Shown here: positions 28,514-37,970 of the stretch, one piece after another
Position numbering within the stretch: the stretch's first letter is position 1
How the letters are laid out: the number at the start of each line of letters is the position of its first letter
Source of the DNA: an uncultured Planctomycetia bacterium
Lineage (GTDB): Bacteria; Planctomycetota; MHYJ01; WSZJ01
Length of the DNA: 64,000 nt
Assembly: GCA_963706735.1 (NCBI GenBank)
Contig: CAVPNQ010000096.1
Span: 2,368 to 66,367 of the forward strand
Reading direction: 5' to 3'
Translations under genes and position numbers: made by a program
Notes under the pieces: model-generated
What the model was told of the DNA's origin: nothing
What the model saw: the letters and a program-made list of their open reading frames with translations, nothing else
The model's database searches: none

Positions 28514-29308
28514 TTATTTCATCGACCCCGGGGCGACCGGGTCCCAGCCGGGGAGCTTCCCGCGCAGGCCGCGCAGCGACAGCCACACCTCGTTGAAGAT
28601 CGACAGCACCAGTCCCCCCGCGATGATCCCCGCGCTCGCCATGATCCACGTGTCGTGCTTCCGGTCCTTCCAGCCTTCCCAAAGGTACACGCCTCCCGCG
28701 GCGAGCCCCACGAAAACGACCGCGAGCGCCCCCAGCAACCCCAGGTACCGCCACAGGACGCGCCGGTTGTCCCGGTGCACCCGCACGATCCCCCCGGCGA
28801 TCGAGAGGTTCCACCAGAAGAGCGAGAACAGGCAGATCCCCCAGCGCCCGTCGTTCGCGTAGGACCACGTGTGCGGCCAGACGCCGAACGTGAATGCGAC
28901 CAGCAGCGCCGAGACGCCGAACAGCCGGAGCTGAAGCGACCACTTGCGCGACTTGTGGCGGTACATGCGCATGGAGAGGAGGGCGCCGGGCAGGCCGCCG
29001 AGGGTGCAGAGGTAGACGAGCGTCTTCTCCGACACCCGCCAGTCGCCCTTCTCCGCCCGCCGCTTGTCCTCACGCCACACAAGGAGGCTGATCAGGTTCA
29101 CGAGGAAGAGCCAGACGCCGAGCTTGAACCACGCGCGCTCCGGGTGGCGAGGGTCCTTGTCGAAGAAGAACATCTCGGACCCGTCCATCGCGAACCAGAC
29201 GACGAGGGGGAGGATGTAGAGCAGCCAGTAGATCTTGTTGAGCGACCAGAAGGGGAGCGTGCGGCGCTGGGCGGCGGGGGGTGAAGCGGCGGGGTCGGCG
29301 TCGCGCAT
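28514..29308 (-). CDS. DUF1294 domain membrane protein
   Basis: ATG at 29308. The segment TLGGLPGALLSMRMYRHKSRKW is the DUF1294 signature region, flanked by extra TM helices. The longer track ORF extension is Arg/Gly-rich shadow sequence. Confidence 0.65.
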   Translation of the reverse strand: MRDADPAASPPAAQRRTLPFWSLNKIYWLLYILPLVVWFAMDGSEMFFFDKDPRHPERAWFKLGVWLFLVNLISLLVWREDKRRAEKGDWRVSEKTLVYLCTLGGLPGALLSMRMYRHKSRKWSLQLRLFGVSALLVAFTFGVWPHTWSYANDGRWGICLFSLFWWNLSIAGGIVRVHRDNRRVLWRYLGLLGALAVVFVGLAAGGVYLWEGWKDRKHDTWIMASAGIIAGGLVLSIFNEVWLSLRGLRGKLPGWDPVAPGSMK

Positions 29309-29343
29309 GGGCGGATTATGGCGGGGGAGTGGCAGGGCGGGCA

Positions 29344-29853
29344 CTACTTCCGGTGCTCCTCCGCGATGCTGACGTGCATCCGGGCGATCTTCTCGACGAG
29401 CGCGGCGGTCCTCCGCCCGGCCATGGACTCCTTCGACCACCCGCCGGCGTCGGTGACTTCGGCCAGGGTCGCCTCGTTCGGCGGCTGGCCCTTCGCGAGG
29501 ACGGCCACCCGGGCCTTGAACGACGGCCGGTCCTCGCCGTGGCTCGACACGCGCCAGCCGAGCGCCCGCACCGCTTCGTCCCCGAGCCAGAAATCCTCGA
29601 GCGTCGCGCGAATCACGAGATCCGCGGAGGCCTCGTCTCCCGCCCGCCCGAAACCCGCGTCGGACACCGCCGTCGCGGCCGCGAGACGGATCCGCACGGC
29701 CAGCGCGTTCCGGTCGAGTTCCGCATGCGTCGCGGCAATGACCGGCTCTGCGACCCAGACGGTTCCCGCCACCGGGACCGGGTCGTTCTCGAACTGCAGC
29801 CCCGTACATCCCGCCAGGAACAGGACTGCCACCGACACGAAGAGCCGCTTCAT
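29344..29853 (-). CDS. lipoprotein (hypothetical)
   Basis: ATG at 29853 gives MKRLFVSVAVLFLAGC with the lipobox LAGC. It overlaps the stop of the upstream permease gene by 4 nt. Confidence 0.65.
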   Translation of the reverse strand: MKRLFVSVAVLFLAGCTGLQFENDPVPVAGTVWVAEPVIAATHAELDRNALAVRIRLAAATAVSDAGFGRAGDEASADLVIRATLEDFWLGDEAVRALGWRVSSHGEDRPSFKARVAVLAKGQPPNEATLAEVTDAGGWSKESMAGRRTAALVEKIARMHVSIAEEHRK

Positions 29854-31304
29854 TTCTTCTCCTTCCAGGTCCGGGTCTCCCCGTCGAATGTCGCCGATCC
29901 ACCGTTCGATTTCCACCATGCCGCAAGCACATCCAGCCCCTCGTTCTCGCCCGCGGGGGCCCCCGCCGCGGGCAGCGCCTTCTTCAGGGAGGTCAGCGCG
30001 CCGACACGGGCCATGTGACCCTCGGCGTCGCGCGCAAGGGCGAACAGGCGCTCCAGCCCGGCAGTCTCGCCGAGTTCGGCCAGCGCCGCCGCCGCCTTCA
30101 GCGGGACCCACTCGTCCTCGTCGTCCTTCGCCGCGAGCAGCTTCAGCTCCGGAATCGCCTCCGCTGCGCCGATAGCGCCGAGCGCTTCAGAAGCGCTCTC
30201 CTTGACGCCGGCATCCCGGTCGCGAAGCAAAGCGATCAGTTTCGGCACCGCGGGCCGGTACTTCTGGTCCCCCAGCTTGTGCGCCGCCTCGCTTCGCTTC
30301 GCCGCCAGTTTGTCCGAAAGGTCCAGCAGCAGGTCTTCCGGCGCGTCGCCGTGACGGTGGCTCAAGGCTTCCTGCCGTTCTCGATCTTCTTCGCCCTGCT
30401 GCCTGAGGACGTGCACCAGGCTCCACCCGATCGCGGGTACGACCAGGCAACCCGCGGCCACGAGGGCGGCGGCGCGAAGGCGGTTCGCCGCGAAGTAGAC
30501 GGTCCTGCCGATCCCGGCGGCCAGCAGCACGGCCGCGAAGAAGCAGATGATGGTGGGGCCACTCGGGCGGTCGAACGAAAAGAGGATGCCGACGGCCGAA
30601 ACGACGGTGCCGAGGACCCACGCGATCGCCAGGCGCGCCCGGATCGACTCGGCGAACATCGTCGCGACCACCGCAGGGGCGATGAGGAAACAGAACACCA
30701 GCAGCACCCCGGCGATCGCCACCGAAGACGTGATCACGAACCCGAATGACAGGTAGAAAAAGAAGTCCCAGAGCCGCACGTACAGCCCGTCGGCCCGGGC
30801 CTTTTCGAGGTCGAACGAAATCGCCAGGAACTGGCGGCGGAACACGAAATGGAAGGTTCCCACGACCGCGTAGATGCCCGCCGTCTTGAGCAGCTGTCCC
30901 TTCGTGACCCAGACGATGCTGCCGGACAGAAGCGCCTTGAGGTGCTCGTCCCCCTGGTGCGCCGCGTCGGTCAGCAGGATCGCCGCCGCCGCCGCAATCG
31001 CATAAACCAGCCCGACGATCGCTTCCTGCGGCACCTTTTCCCGCCGCGTCCGGGTCGCTGCGAACACCGCGGCCCCCGCCAGCGTGAACCCCAGCGACAC
31101 GAAATACGCCGTCGGGCTGCGCAGGTCGTGCCCGAGCAGGAAGGCGACCGTCCCTCCGAGCGCCGCAATCTGCGCCATCGCCAGGTCCACGAAGATCACC
31201 TTGCGCGCGAGGACGTGGATCCCCAGGTATCCGTGGATCCCCACCAGGACCAGGCAGGCCAGGAACGGAAGGACGAGGACGGGAAGATTGTGAAGGGCCT
31301 CCAT
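29850..31304 (-). CDS. metal ABC transporter permease (ABC-3/ZnuB-TroCD family) fused to C-terminal HEAT repeats
   Basis: The N-terminal 280 aa or so are typical ABC-3 permease (LVGIHGYLGIHVLARKVIFVDLAMAQIAALG). The C-terminal 190 aa or so contain PBS-lyase-type HEAT repeats (AVPKLIALLRDRDAGVKESASEALGAIG). Confidence 0.8.
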   Translation of the reverse strand: MEALHNLPVLVLPFLACLVLVGIHGYLGIHVLARKVIFVDLAMAQIAALGGTVAFLLGHDLRSPTAYFVSLGFTLAGAAVFAATRTRREKVPQEAIVGLVYAIAAAAAILLTDAAHQGDEHLKALLSGSIVWVTKGQLLKTAGIYAVVGTFHFVFRRQFLAISFDLEKARADGLYVRLWDFFFYLSFGFVITSSVAIAGVLLVFCFLIAPAVVATMFAESIRARLAIAWVLGTVVSAVGILFSFDRPSGPTIICFFAAVLLAAGIGRTVYFAANRLRAAALVAAGCLVVPAIGWSLVHVLRQQGEEDRERQEALSHRHGDAPEDLLLDLSDKLAAKRSEAAHKLGDQKYRPAVPKLIALLRDRDAGVKESASEALGAIGAAEAIPELKLLAAKDDEDEWVPLKAAAALAELGETAGLERLFALARDAEGHMARVGALTSLKKALPAAGAPAGENEGLDVLAAWWKSNGGSATFDGETRTWKEKK

Positions 31305-32297
31305 TCAGCGGGCCTCCCCGCTGACTTCCTTGACGATGCGGGCGATGGCCGCGAGGGCGTCGTCTCCCTCGAGCGGCACCGACACCGTCCGCGCCCCCGT
31401 CTTTTCTGCGATGAGCCGGACCGGGGACTCGTCGTAGAACGGCTGCGTCACCACGAGCCCGATCTTCCGCTCCCGCATCATGAGGATCACGTCCGCGGAA
31501 TGCGCCGCGCTGGCGGGAATCCCGGGCCGCGGCTCGACCGTGGCGGCAAGCTTCATGCCGAATCGCGCCCAGAAGTAGTTCATGCTCGTGTGGAACGACA
31601 CCACTTCCTTTCCCTTGAGGGACGCCATGTCCTTCAACCAGCCTCCGACTTTCTCCGTGAGCTTGTTGTCGCTCACCCATTTGTCGAGTTCGCCGGCCTC
31701 CGCCAGCCTCGCCAGCTTGCTCCCCCCGGCTTCCTCGACGAGCGCGGCACCGAACATCGCTTCGTCGAGCTTTCGGTGGTACGCCTTGAGATTCGCCGCA
31801 TACGACTTCGCCCCCTCGGCGTCGAGCGCCGAAAGCCGCTCGGAGATGCCCGTCGCGATTCTCCGAAGCGCGATCGGGTCGATGCAGAAGTGCGGGTTGC
31901 CCAGCGCATGAACGTCTCCCATCGAGCGATCCACCGTTCCTGTCGGCAGATCGATCACCGAAACGAACGACGAAGCGTCCAGGTACCCGTTCGCACCCGC
32001 CTGCACCTTCCCGTTCCGGCAGCCTTCCAGGAGCGGGGGGACCCAGCCGATTTCCAGCTCCAGCCCGTTCACGATGAACAGGTCCGCGTTGCGCAGTTCC
32101 ACGATGAAGGAAGGCTTCGCGTCAACGAAGTGCGGGTCCTGCCCGGCCTTCGCGAGCACGACGACGTCCACTCGGTCCCCGCCGACTTCGCGGGCCACGC
32201 TTCCCAGCGACGGAATCGTCACCACGACCTTCGTTTTCGCTTCCGCCCCGGACACGAGTGCAACGGCCAGCACGATCGAGTTCAGGAATGTTTTCAC
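31305..32297 (-). CDS. metal ABC transporter substrate-binding protein (TroA/ZnuA cluster-9 family)
   Basis: Signal peptide, then VVVTIPSLGSVAREVGGDRVDVVVLAKAGQDPHFVDAKPS...NGLELEIGW and the later DVHALGNPHF His-containing motifs. Confidence 0.85.
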   Translation of the reverse strand: MKTFLNSIVLAVALVSGAEAKTKVVVTIPSLGSVAREVGGDRVDVVVLAKAGQDPHFVDAKPSFIVELRNADLFIVNGLELEIGWVPPLLEGCRNGKVQAGANGYLDASSFVSVIDLPTGTVDRSMGDVHALGNPHFCIDPIALRRIATGISERLSALDAEGAKSYAANLKAYHRKLDEAMFGAALVEEAGGSKLARLAEAGELDKWVSDNKLTEKVGGWLKDMASLKGKEVVSFHTSMNYFWARFGMKLAATVEPRPGIPASAAHSADVILMMRERKIGLVVTQPFYDESPVRLIAEKTGARTVSVPLEGDDALAAIARIVKEVSGEAR

Positions 32298-32388
32298 AGG
32301 CGTCCGCGGCGGTTCAGGCCGCGCTCCTTGTTCCAGTGGGTGTCATGAATTCCGCGGGCGTTCGCCGTCGAACGCCCGCGGGTCCGGA

Positions 32389-33747
32389 TCAGAACTTGTG
32401 CGCTCCGTGCGTGCCGAGCAGGAACTCCACCTGCAGCCAGACCGAATGCTCGTCCTTGCTCGACCCGTGGAACGATGCGATCGCCGAGCCGTGGTCGTAG
32501 TTGTACTGGAGCCGGATCTTGCTGAACTCGGTCGGGTAGAACGTCAGCGCCGCCGAGATCCGGTAGCGCGGGTCGAATTCAAAATTGTCACGATCGTCGT
32601 GGGCCAGTTCGCCCTTTCCCTGGTCCCACCGCGCCCCGACCGTCCAGCGGTGCGTGAACCCCCAGACGACCTGCGCGTAGTACCCCCAGTCCCACAACTC
32701 GTCGTGCTCGAAGGAGTTGCCGTCCTCGTCGAACCCGCGCGCCTGCTCGAACCGCCGCCCCATCCACTCCGCCTGGAACTGCACGAAGGGCCAGCCGTGG
32801 TCGTTCTGAAGCGGCTTCCATCGCAGGTAGAAATCGGCGCCCAGCAGGTCCGTGTCGGCGCTTCCGCCCGTTGAATTCGGCCCGTGCGCCCATGAAGCGC
32901 CGATCGTCGTCGAGATCGTGTCGCCAAGGTCGAAATTGGAAGCGACGCGCACGAGGTACTGCAGGTCCTCGAGGGTCGCGACGTCGCGGCCGTCGGCGTT
33001 CACGTAGAAGGGGGATTCCTCCTCGTTGATGAAGCTGTGCGTGGTTCCGCCGTTGGCGTTGAACACCCCTGCGGTTGCCAGCAGGAACCACGGCGTCGGC
33101 GCGAGCCACGACACCTCGGCGCCCTGCGATCTCAACCCCTCGGGGCCGAGGAAACGGGAGTTCACCACAGGCTGGTCCACGAATTGCCATGCGTGCGGGT
33201 GCATCAGGTTCAGGCGCCCGAACGACTCGAACATCTGCCCCGCCTTGACCTGGAAACCCCACGGAAGGCAGGTGGTCGTCAGGAACGCTTCCTCGAGCTC
33301 GACCCCCGTTTCGCCGTCCTGATCGATCTTGAGGATGACGTGCACCTCGCCGTTGAAGTACGGGTCCACTGCGCCTTTCCCCGTAATCTCCAGATTCTGG
33401 ATCGTGAAGCCGCGCCGGCGCGGGTCGTGGTCGCCGGCCTGAAGCGACCGGATGACCTCGTCCCTCGCGGAAGACGTTCCGGCCGCGAACAGCAGGTCGA
33501 ACGAGAGATCGAGCAGCCTCGCGCTCGCCCCGCCGCCCAGGGGCAGGCTGGCCAGCCCGCCCGAGGCCGGCGGCGTCTTGTCCATCTCCGCTTCCAGCTC
33601 TTTCTCGAGTTCCCGCTTGTTCTTGTCCTTCTCGAGCGCCTCGATCCGCTTGTTCGCGTTGTCGAGATCCTGCCTCAATTTCTCCAGCTCGCCAGCCTGG
33701 GCGTAGACGCTTCCCGCGATGAGCAGGGAAGCCAGTGCGATCCGCAT
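32389..33747 (-). CDS. outer-membrane beta-barrel porin-like protein with an N-terminal coiled-coil
   Basis: ATG at 33747 gives the signal MRIALASLLIAGSVYA. Alternating beta-strand pattern with a C-terminal aromatic residue (…HGAHKF). Lies upstream of the metal-binding protein gene. Confidence 0.7.
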   Translation of the reverse strand: MRIALASLLIAGSVYAQAGELEKLRQDLDNANKRIEALEKDKNKRELEKELEAEMDKTPPASGGLASLPLGGGASARLLDLSFDLLFAAGTSSARDEVIRSLQAGDHDPRRRGFTIQNLEITGKGAVDPYFNGEVHVILKIDQDGETGVELEEAFLTTTCLPWGFQVKAGQMFESFGRLNLMHPHAWQFVDQPVVNSRFLGPEGLRSQGAEVSWLAPTPWFLLATAGVFNANGGTTHSFINEEESPFYVNADGRDVATLEDLQYLVRVASNFDLGDTISTTIGASWAHGPNSTGGSADTDLLGADFYLRWKPLQNDHGWPFVQFQAEWMGRRFEQARGFDEDGNSFEHDELWDWGYYAQVVWGFTHRWTVGARWDQGKGELAHDDRDNFEFDPRYRISAALTFYPTEFSKIRLQYNYDHGSAIASFHGSSKDEHSVWLQVEFLLGTHGAHKF

Positions 33748-33873
33748 GGGGTGACTCCGCAAGGGTTCCGTGGGTGGTTGTGAAACGAAATGGCACCGGG
33801 AGCCCGTGCGTTCGGGAGAGGCCGCCTGCACGGACGGAGTCCGGGCGCGGCGGGAGTCCTGCGAAGCCGGGCT

Positions 33874-34212
33874 CTAGAAGACCGGCGGCGCCCTTGCGGG
33901 GGCGGAGGAAGGAATGCCGGCGACGACGACCGACACGGGACGCGTCGCGGGAGGAAGGGCGGGGGGTTCACCGGCCGCGGTCGGCGGCGAGCCGGGTTCG
34001 GAAACAGAGGGAAGCGCGAGGAGTCCACAGACGGTGCACTGGTCTTCGTCGTGGCACTCGTGGCGGAGCGACTCGCGATCGGCGCCCTCGGCGCAGTGCT
34101 CGTGGCCTCGCAGCGCTTCCATCTCATGGAGCGGCCCGGCCGTGCCGGCGACGAAAGTCGCGACGGCCAGAAGGGCGAATACGGCGGGTTGGAGGCGAAG
34201 GCGGGTGCTCAT
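33874..34212 (-). CDS. small secreted His/Cys-rich protein (hypothetical, possibly metal-binding)
   Basis: ATG at 34212 gives the signal-like LQPAVFALLAVATFVAG, then HEMEALRGHEHCAEGADRESLRHECHDEDQCTVC. Confidence 0.5.
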   Translation of the reverse strand: MSTRLRLQPAVFALLAVATFVAGTAGPLHEMEALRGHEHCAEGADRESLRHECHDEDQCTVCGLLALPSVSEPGSPPTAAGEPPALPPATRPVSVVVAGIPSSAPARAPPVF

Positions 34213-34312
34213 GCGGGGAGTTCTACACCAATACGGAAGAGGATGGCCGGAAATTCGACCGGACGACAACGGCCACCCTGCCCCGGTTCGAGGGCAGGGC
34301 GGCGAGAGTCGC

Positions 34313-34426
34313 TTACTTCTTCGACTTGGCCTTGGACTTCTTCACGGACTTGACCGCTTTCGACTTCGCGGGAGTCGAGGAGCAGCCCGAGCTGGTGCAA
34401 CCGCAGGACGATTTCTTCATGGCCAT
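34313..34426 (-). CDS. unannotated 37-codon ORF encoding a Cys/Ser/Lys-rich peptide MAMKKSSCGCTSSGCSSTPAKSKAVKSVKKSKAKSKK
   Basis: Below the track's length cut-off. ATG at 34426 is preceded by ggaga 8 nt upstream; TAA stop at 34315-34313. It is followed by an 8-bp GC hairpin (34276-34299). First ORF of the metal-uptake operon. Confidence 0.4.
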   Translation of the reverse strand: MAMKKSSCGCTSSGCSSTPAKSKAVKSVKKSKAKSKK

Positions 34427-34603
34427 GGTGCCGTTCTCCGAGTGTGGACCCGGGCCCGCCCGGTTTCCGAGTGGAAACCAGGCGGCCCGTGTCGGGCATT
34501 GTGCCCTCGCCGTGCGGCGCGGCGAGGCAAATCTGGATCAGCAGGTCAGCCCTTCGGTGAGCATGTCTCTACCCGCACGAAACACCCTGGGCCCCCCGAG
34601 GCG

Positions 34604-34643
34604 TTTTTCCTTTTTAGTTTTTCCTTTTTAGTTTTTCGTTTCC
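34604..34643. repeat. tandem T-rich (A-tract on the other strand) 14-nt direct repeats in a divergent promoter region
   Basis: tttttcctttttag x2, then tttttcgtttcc. It lies 60-100 nt upstream of the CBS gene start (34704). Confidence 0.7.
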
Positions 34644-34703
34644 TTGCCGTTGCCTTGGCCGCCGCCGTTCCCGATCCGCTTCCCACGTACCCCGGAGCCC
34701 CCC

Positions 34704-35342
34704 ATGTTCGTCCGCGAATGGATGTCCTCCCCCGCCGTCACGATCCAGGCCCGCGTCCCCGCGCCCGTGGCGCTGGAGTTCATGCAGAAGCACCACATCC
34801 GCCGGCTGCCCGTGATCGAGAGCGGCGCGCTGGTGGGGATCATCACGAAGAGCGACCTGTTTTCGGAGCTGGGGAAGCACAAAGGCGACCGGGCGACCTC
34901 GAAGAAGACGGTGGAGGACGTGATGACGCCGGGGCCGTACACGGTGTCGCCGGACGACACGTTCGAGAGCGCGGCGCTTCTGATGCTGAAGCAGAAGATC
35001 TCGGGGCTTCCGGTGGTGAAGCTCGACAAGGTCGTCGGGATGCTCACGGAGTCGGACGTCTTCCGCGCCTTCGCGGCGATGCTGGGGCTCGCGGAGCACG
35101 GCCCGCGCATCACGATGCAGATCCCGGACACGGAGGACCTGCTCGAGGGCGTCCGCAAGCGCGCCGGCCGCCTGAAAATCCGCACGCTGGTGACGCTGTA
35201 CAACCCGAGGGCGAAGCGCTGGGATGTGGCGGTGCGCGTGCGCGGGCGGATGGGGGAGGACGACCCCGAGCCGGCGCCGCAGCCTGCGAAGCGAGGCGCC
35301 AGCGGGCTGATCAGGCGTCCGCCGGCCGAGCCGACGAAATAG
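34704..35342 (+). CDS. CBS-pair domain protein with a C-terminal ACT-like region
   Basis: Two CBS motifs (VREWMSSPAVTI...HHIRRLPVIESGALVGIITKSDL and VEDVMTPGPYTV...ISGLPVVKLDKVVGMLTESDVF). Confidence 0.8.
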   Translation: MFVREWMSSPAVTIQARVPAPVALEFMQKHHIRRLPVIESGALVGIITKSDLFSELGKHKGDRATSKKTVEDVMTPGPYTVSPDDTFESAALLMLKQKISGLPVVKLDKVVGMLTESDVFRAFAAMLGLAEHGPRITMQIPDTEDLLEGVRKRAGRLKIRTLVTLYNPRAKRWDVAVRVRGRMGEDDPEPAPQPAKRGASGLIRRPPAEPTK

Positions 35343-35346
35343 CTGC

Positions 35347-36771
35347 TTAGGGCACGGAGACGGTCGCGGGCGCGCAGAACGGCCCGCGGTTGCCGCCGAG
35401 GTCGTAGGGCTGGACGCGGTAGGTGTAGTCCGTGCCGGGCGAGACATCCGGGTCCGTGAATCCGTGCGCCTTGTTCGACCCGATGTGGCGTTCCGGCTCG
35501 TCCTTCGCGCTCCGGTAGATCGAGTACCCCTGCACCGCCTCGTTGTCCGTCGCCGCCGGCCACTTGAGATAGACGCGGCCGTCCTTGTACTGGGCCGCCA
35601 GCACGGACCCCGCGGGCCAGCTCGGCGGCTCGCGATCCGCGCTCTCGGGCGCCTGGATCTTCCCCTGCGGCCACAGCACGCACACGACCCGCTTGAAGTT
35701 CTCGTCCAGGTTCTTGCAGATGTTCCCGTACACGCACCGGATCACCGTGTCCGCGCGCCCCGCCGCCACCTTCTTCGGCCAGTCGGGGTCCGCCAGCAGC
35801 GGCCGAGCCATCCCGATCAAGTCCGCCTTCCCCTCGTTCAGGATCCGCTCCGCGAACGCCGGGTCCGAAATCTTCCCCGTGGTCACGATCGGCGTCGTGA
35901 ACCCGTGCTGCCGCACCCACTCCCTGATCCCCGCCGCGATGTACACGTTCAGCCCGTCCGGGTAGTCCGCCCCCGGCATGCACCGGTCCCCGGAATACCC
36001 CGTGTACGGGTACAGCGGCGCCCCCGGCTTATGAATCGCGTCCTCGAACTTCCCGCCGGCGCTCACCGAAATGTAATCCATCGACAACTGCGCCATCCGA
36101 AGCGCAATCGCCCGCGAGTCCGGGACCGAATACCCGCCCTTGATGCACTCCTCGCCGTCAAACCGCACGCCGAGCATGAAATCCCGCCCGACCTGCCGCC
36201 GAACCTCCTCGATCACTTCCCCCATCAGCCTCATCCGGTTCGCCAGCGACCCGCCGTACTCATCCTTCCGGTTGTTCTTCGCCGACAGGAAACTCGACAG
36301 CGTGTACGCGTGCGCCATGTGCAGCTCCACGCCGTCGTACCCGCACTCCCGCGCCCGCCGCGCGGCGGCGCCGTACGCGACGACAATCTCGCGGATCTCG
36401 TCCTTCGTCAGGTCCCCCACAAGCTGCCGCCACCCGCTCCGCGCGATCTTGAGAAAGTGGATGATCTGCGGAACGACCTTGGAAGGGCCCGCGCCGTGCA
36501 CCCGCTTCGCCAGCTCCGTCAGCCCCGGCTTGAACTCGTCCCCGCAGATGCGCAAGAGCGGCCCCGACTTCGCCGTATGCACCGCCATCGCTTCCACCAC
36601 GATCAGCCCCGCCCCGCCTTTTGCGAAGCGAACGTAGCGATCCGTGATGTCCGCGTTGATCGCGCCGTCTTCGCCCGAGAGCCGCGTCACCATCGCCGGT
36701 ACGACGATCCGGTTGGGAAGAGTGACGCCGTTGATGGGGAAGGGCTGGAAGAGCGCCGGGAAGCTGGCCAT
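35347..36771 (-). CDS. NADH:flavin oxidoreductase (Old Yellow Enzyme family) with a C-terminal Fn3-like domain
   Basis: ATG at 36771. The sequence FPINGVTLPNRIVVPAMVTRL...GYDGVELHMAHAYTLSSFLS... is typical OYE TIM-barrel. The C-terminal 90 aa or so (YLKWPAATDNEAVQGYSIYRS...YRVQPYDLGGN) look like Fn3. Confidence 0.8.
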   Translation of the reverse strand: MASFPALFQPFPINGVTLPNRIVVPAMVTRLSGEDGAINADITDRYVRFAKGGAGLIVVEAMAVHTAKSGPLLRICGDEFKPGLTELAKRVHGAGPSKVVPQIIHFLKIARSGWRQLVGDLTKDEIREIVVAYGAAARRARECGYDGVELHMAHAYTLSSFLSAKNNRKDEYGGSLANRMRLMGEVIEEVRRQVGRDFMLGVRFDGEECIKGGYSVPDSRAIALRMAQLSMDYISVSAGGKFEDAIHKPGAPLYPYTGYSGDRCMPGADYPDGLNVYIAAGIREWVRQHGFTTPIVTTGKISDPAFAERILNEGKADLIGMARPLLADPDWPKKVAAGRADTVIRCVYGNICKNLDENFKRVVCVLWPQGKIQAPESADREPPSWPAGSVLAAQYKDGRVYLKWPAATDNEAVQGYSIYRSAKDEPERHIGSNKAHGFTDPDVSPGTDYTYRVQPYDLGGNRGPFCAPATVSVP

Positions 36772-36838
36772 GGGGGCGCATGCTAGCCGAGGGCGGCGAT
36801 TCGGGACAATTTCGGCTTCGTCCAGCCGTTCCTGCAGC

Positions 36839-37603
36839 ATGAGAATCGCGACGACGGCATTCCTCCTCCTGGCCTCGTGGCGCCTGTCCGCCGAAGAACC
36901 CCGCGACCGCGCCGAGGTCCTGAAACTCGGCGCAAAGGTCGTCGCGTCCACCCGCGACGGCGTCTACACCGTCGAGTGGCTCCCCGCAGACCTCGACAAG
37001 AAAGACGCCGGAAGCGTGCGCGTGCTTTTCGCCCTCCACGGCACGCAGGGCCACGCCGAAACCTCCGTCCGCCTCTGGCAGCCCTTCGCGAAAAAACGCG
37101 GCGTCGCCGTCGTCGCGCTCCAGTGGTGGCTCGGCGACGACGCCTACCTGCAGCCGAAGGAAGCGTACGCGTTCATCGAGACTCGCCTGGCCGCGCTTCG
37201 CAAGGACCACCCGGCCATCGCCGAAAAGGGCCACCTCCTCGACGGCTTCAGCCGCGGCTCCGCGAACGTCCCCGGCCTCGCGATCATCGACCGCGACCCG
37301 AAGAAAGGCGTGTTCAGCCTGTTCATCTGCGACTCCGGCGCCTGGCCCGAGGACAAGCCCCCGCCGTACGTCCGCGACGCCGGCGACGACGCGTTCAAAG
37401 GGCAGCGCTTCGTCGGCTACTTCGGCGGCAAGGACGTCCAATTCGGTGCGCCGGCGACGAAGAACGGGCGCGCGGCGAAAGCGTTCATCGAGAAGCGCGG
37501 CGGCAAATTCGAGCTGTGGTACGAGCCGGAGGACGGGACGCACGGGACGTTCATGAACACGCCGAAGATGGTGGAAGCGGCGCTGGATGTCTGGCTGAAG
37601 TAG
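36839..37603 (+). CDS. secreted alpha/beta-hydrolase-like protein (esterase/depolymerase-like)
   Basis: ATG at 36839 gives the signal MRIATTAFLLLASW. The GFSRGS nucleophile-elbow-like motif (GxSxG) and a late His (EDGTHGTF) are present. Confidence 0.6.
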   Translation: MRIATTAFLLLASWRLSAEEPRDRAEVLKLGAKVVASTRDGVYTVEWLPADLDKKDAGSVRVLFALHGTQGHAETSVRLWQPFAKKRGVAVVALQWWLGDDAYLQPKEAYAFIETRLAALRKDHPAIAEKGHLLDGFSRGSANVPGLAIIDRDPKKGVFSLFICDSGAWPEDKPPPYVRDAGDDAFKGQRFVGYFGGKDVQFGAPATKNGRAAKAFIEKRGGKFELWYEPEDGTHGTFMNTPKMVEAALDVWLK

Positions 37604-37970
37604 GGCGAAGGGCGCGTCGGCAGCGCCGGCGGTTGCGTGCCGCGATCAATCAGGGATTCGATTGGAGTGGTCGGAGTGCTCTTACTTCGTGCCCAGTTCG
37701 CGTACGAGATGGCCACACAAATGCACCGAACTACCGGAAAGGCATTGATCGAGCTCTTCGGGAAGTTGGGGCTTTACAAATCAGCGACTCCGAGCCTAGA
37801 CCAAAGCGCACCATCAAGCAGCAGTCTGTTAGGTGAGGTGTAGGTAACTTCGAGCACCCCGTCCTATGGAGAGCGCCTACGTACCATTGCGCGCCATTTT
37901 TTGTTGAAAAAGTCTTGCCACGTGCAGTTGTGCATGTACCATCCCTGCATCAACACAGGGAGGCAATCCG

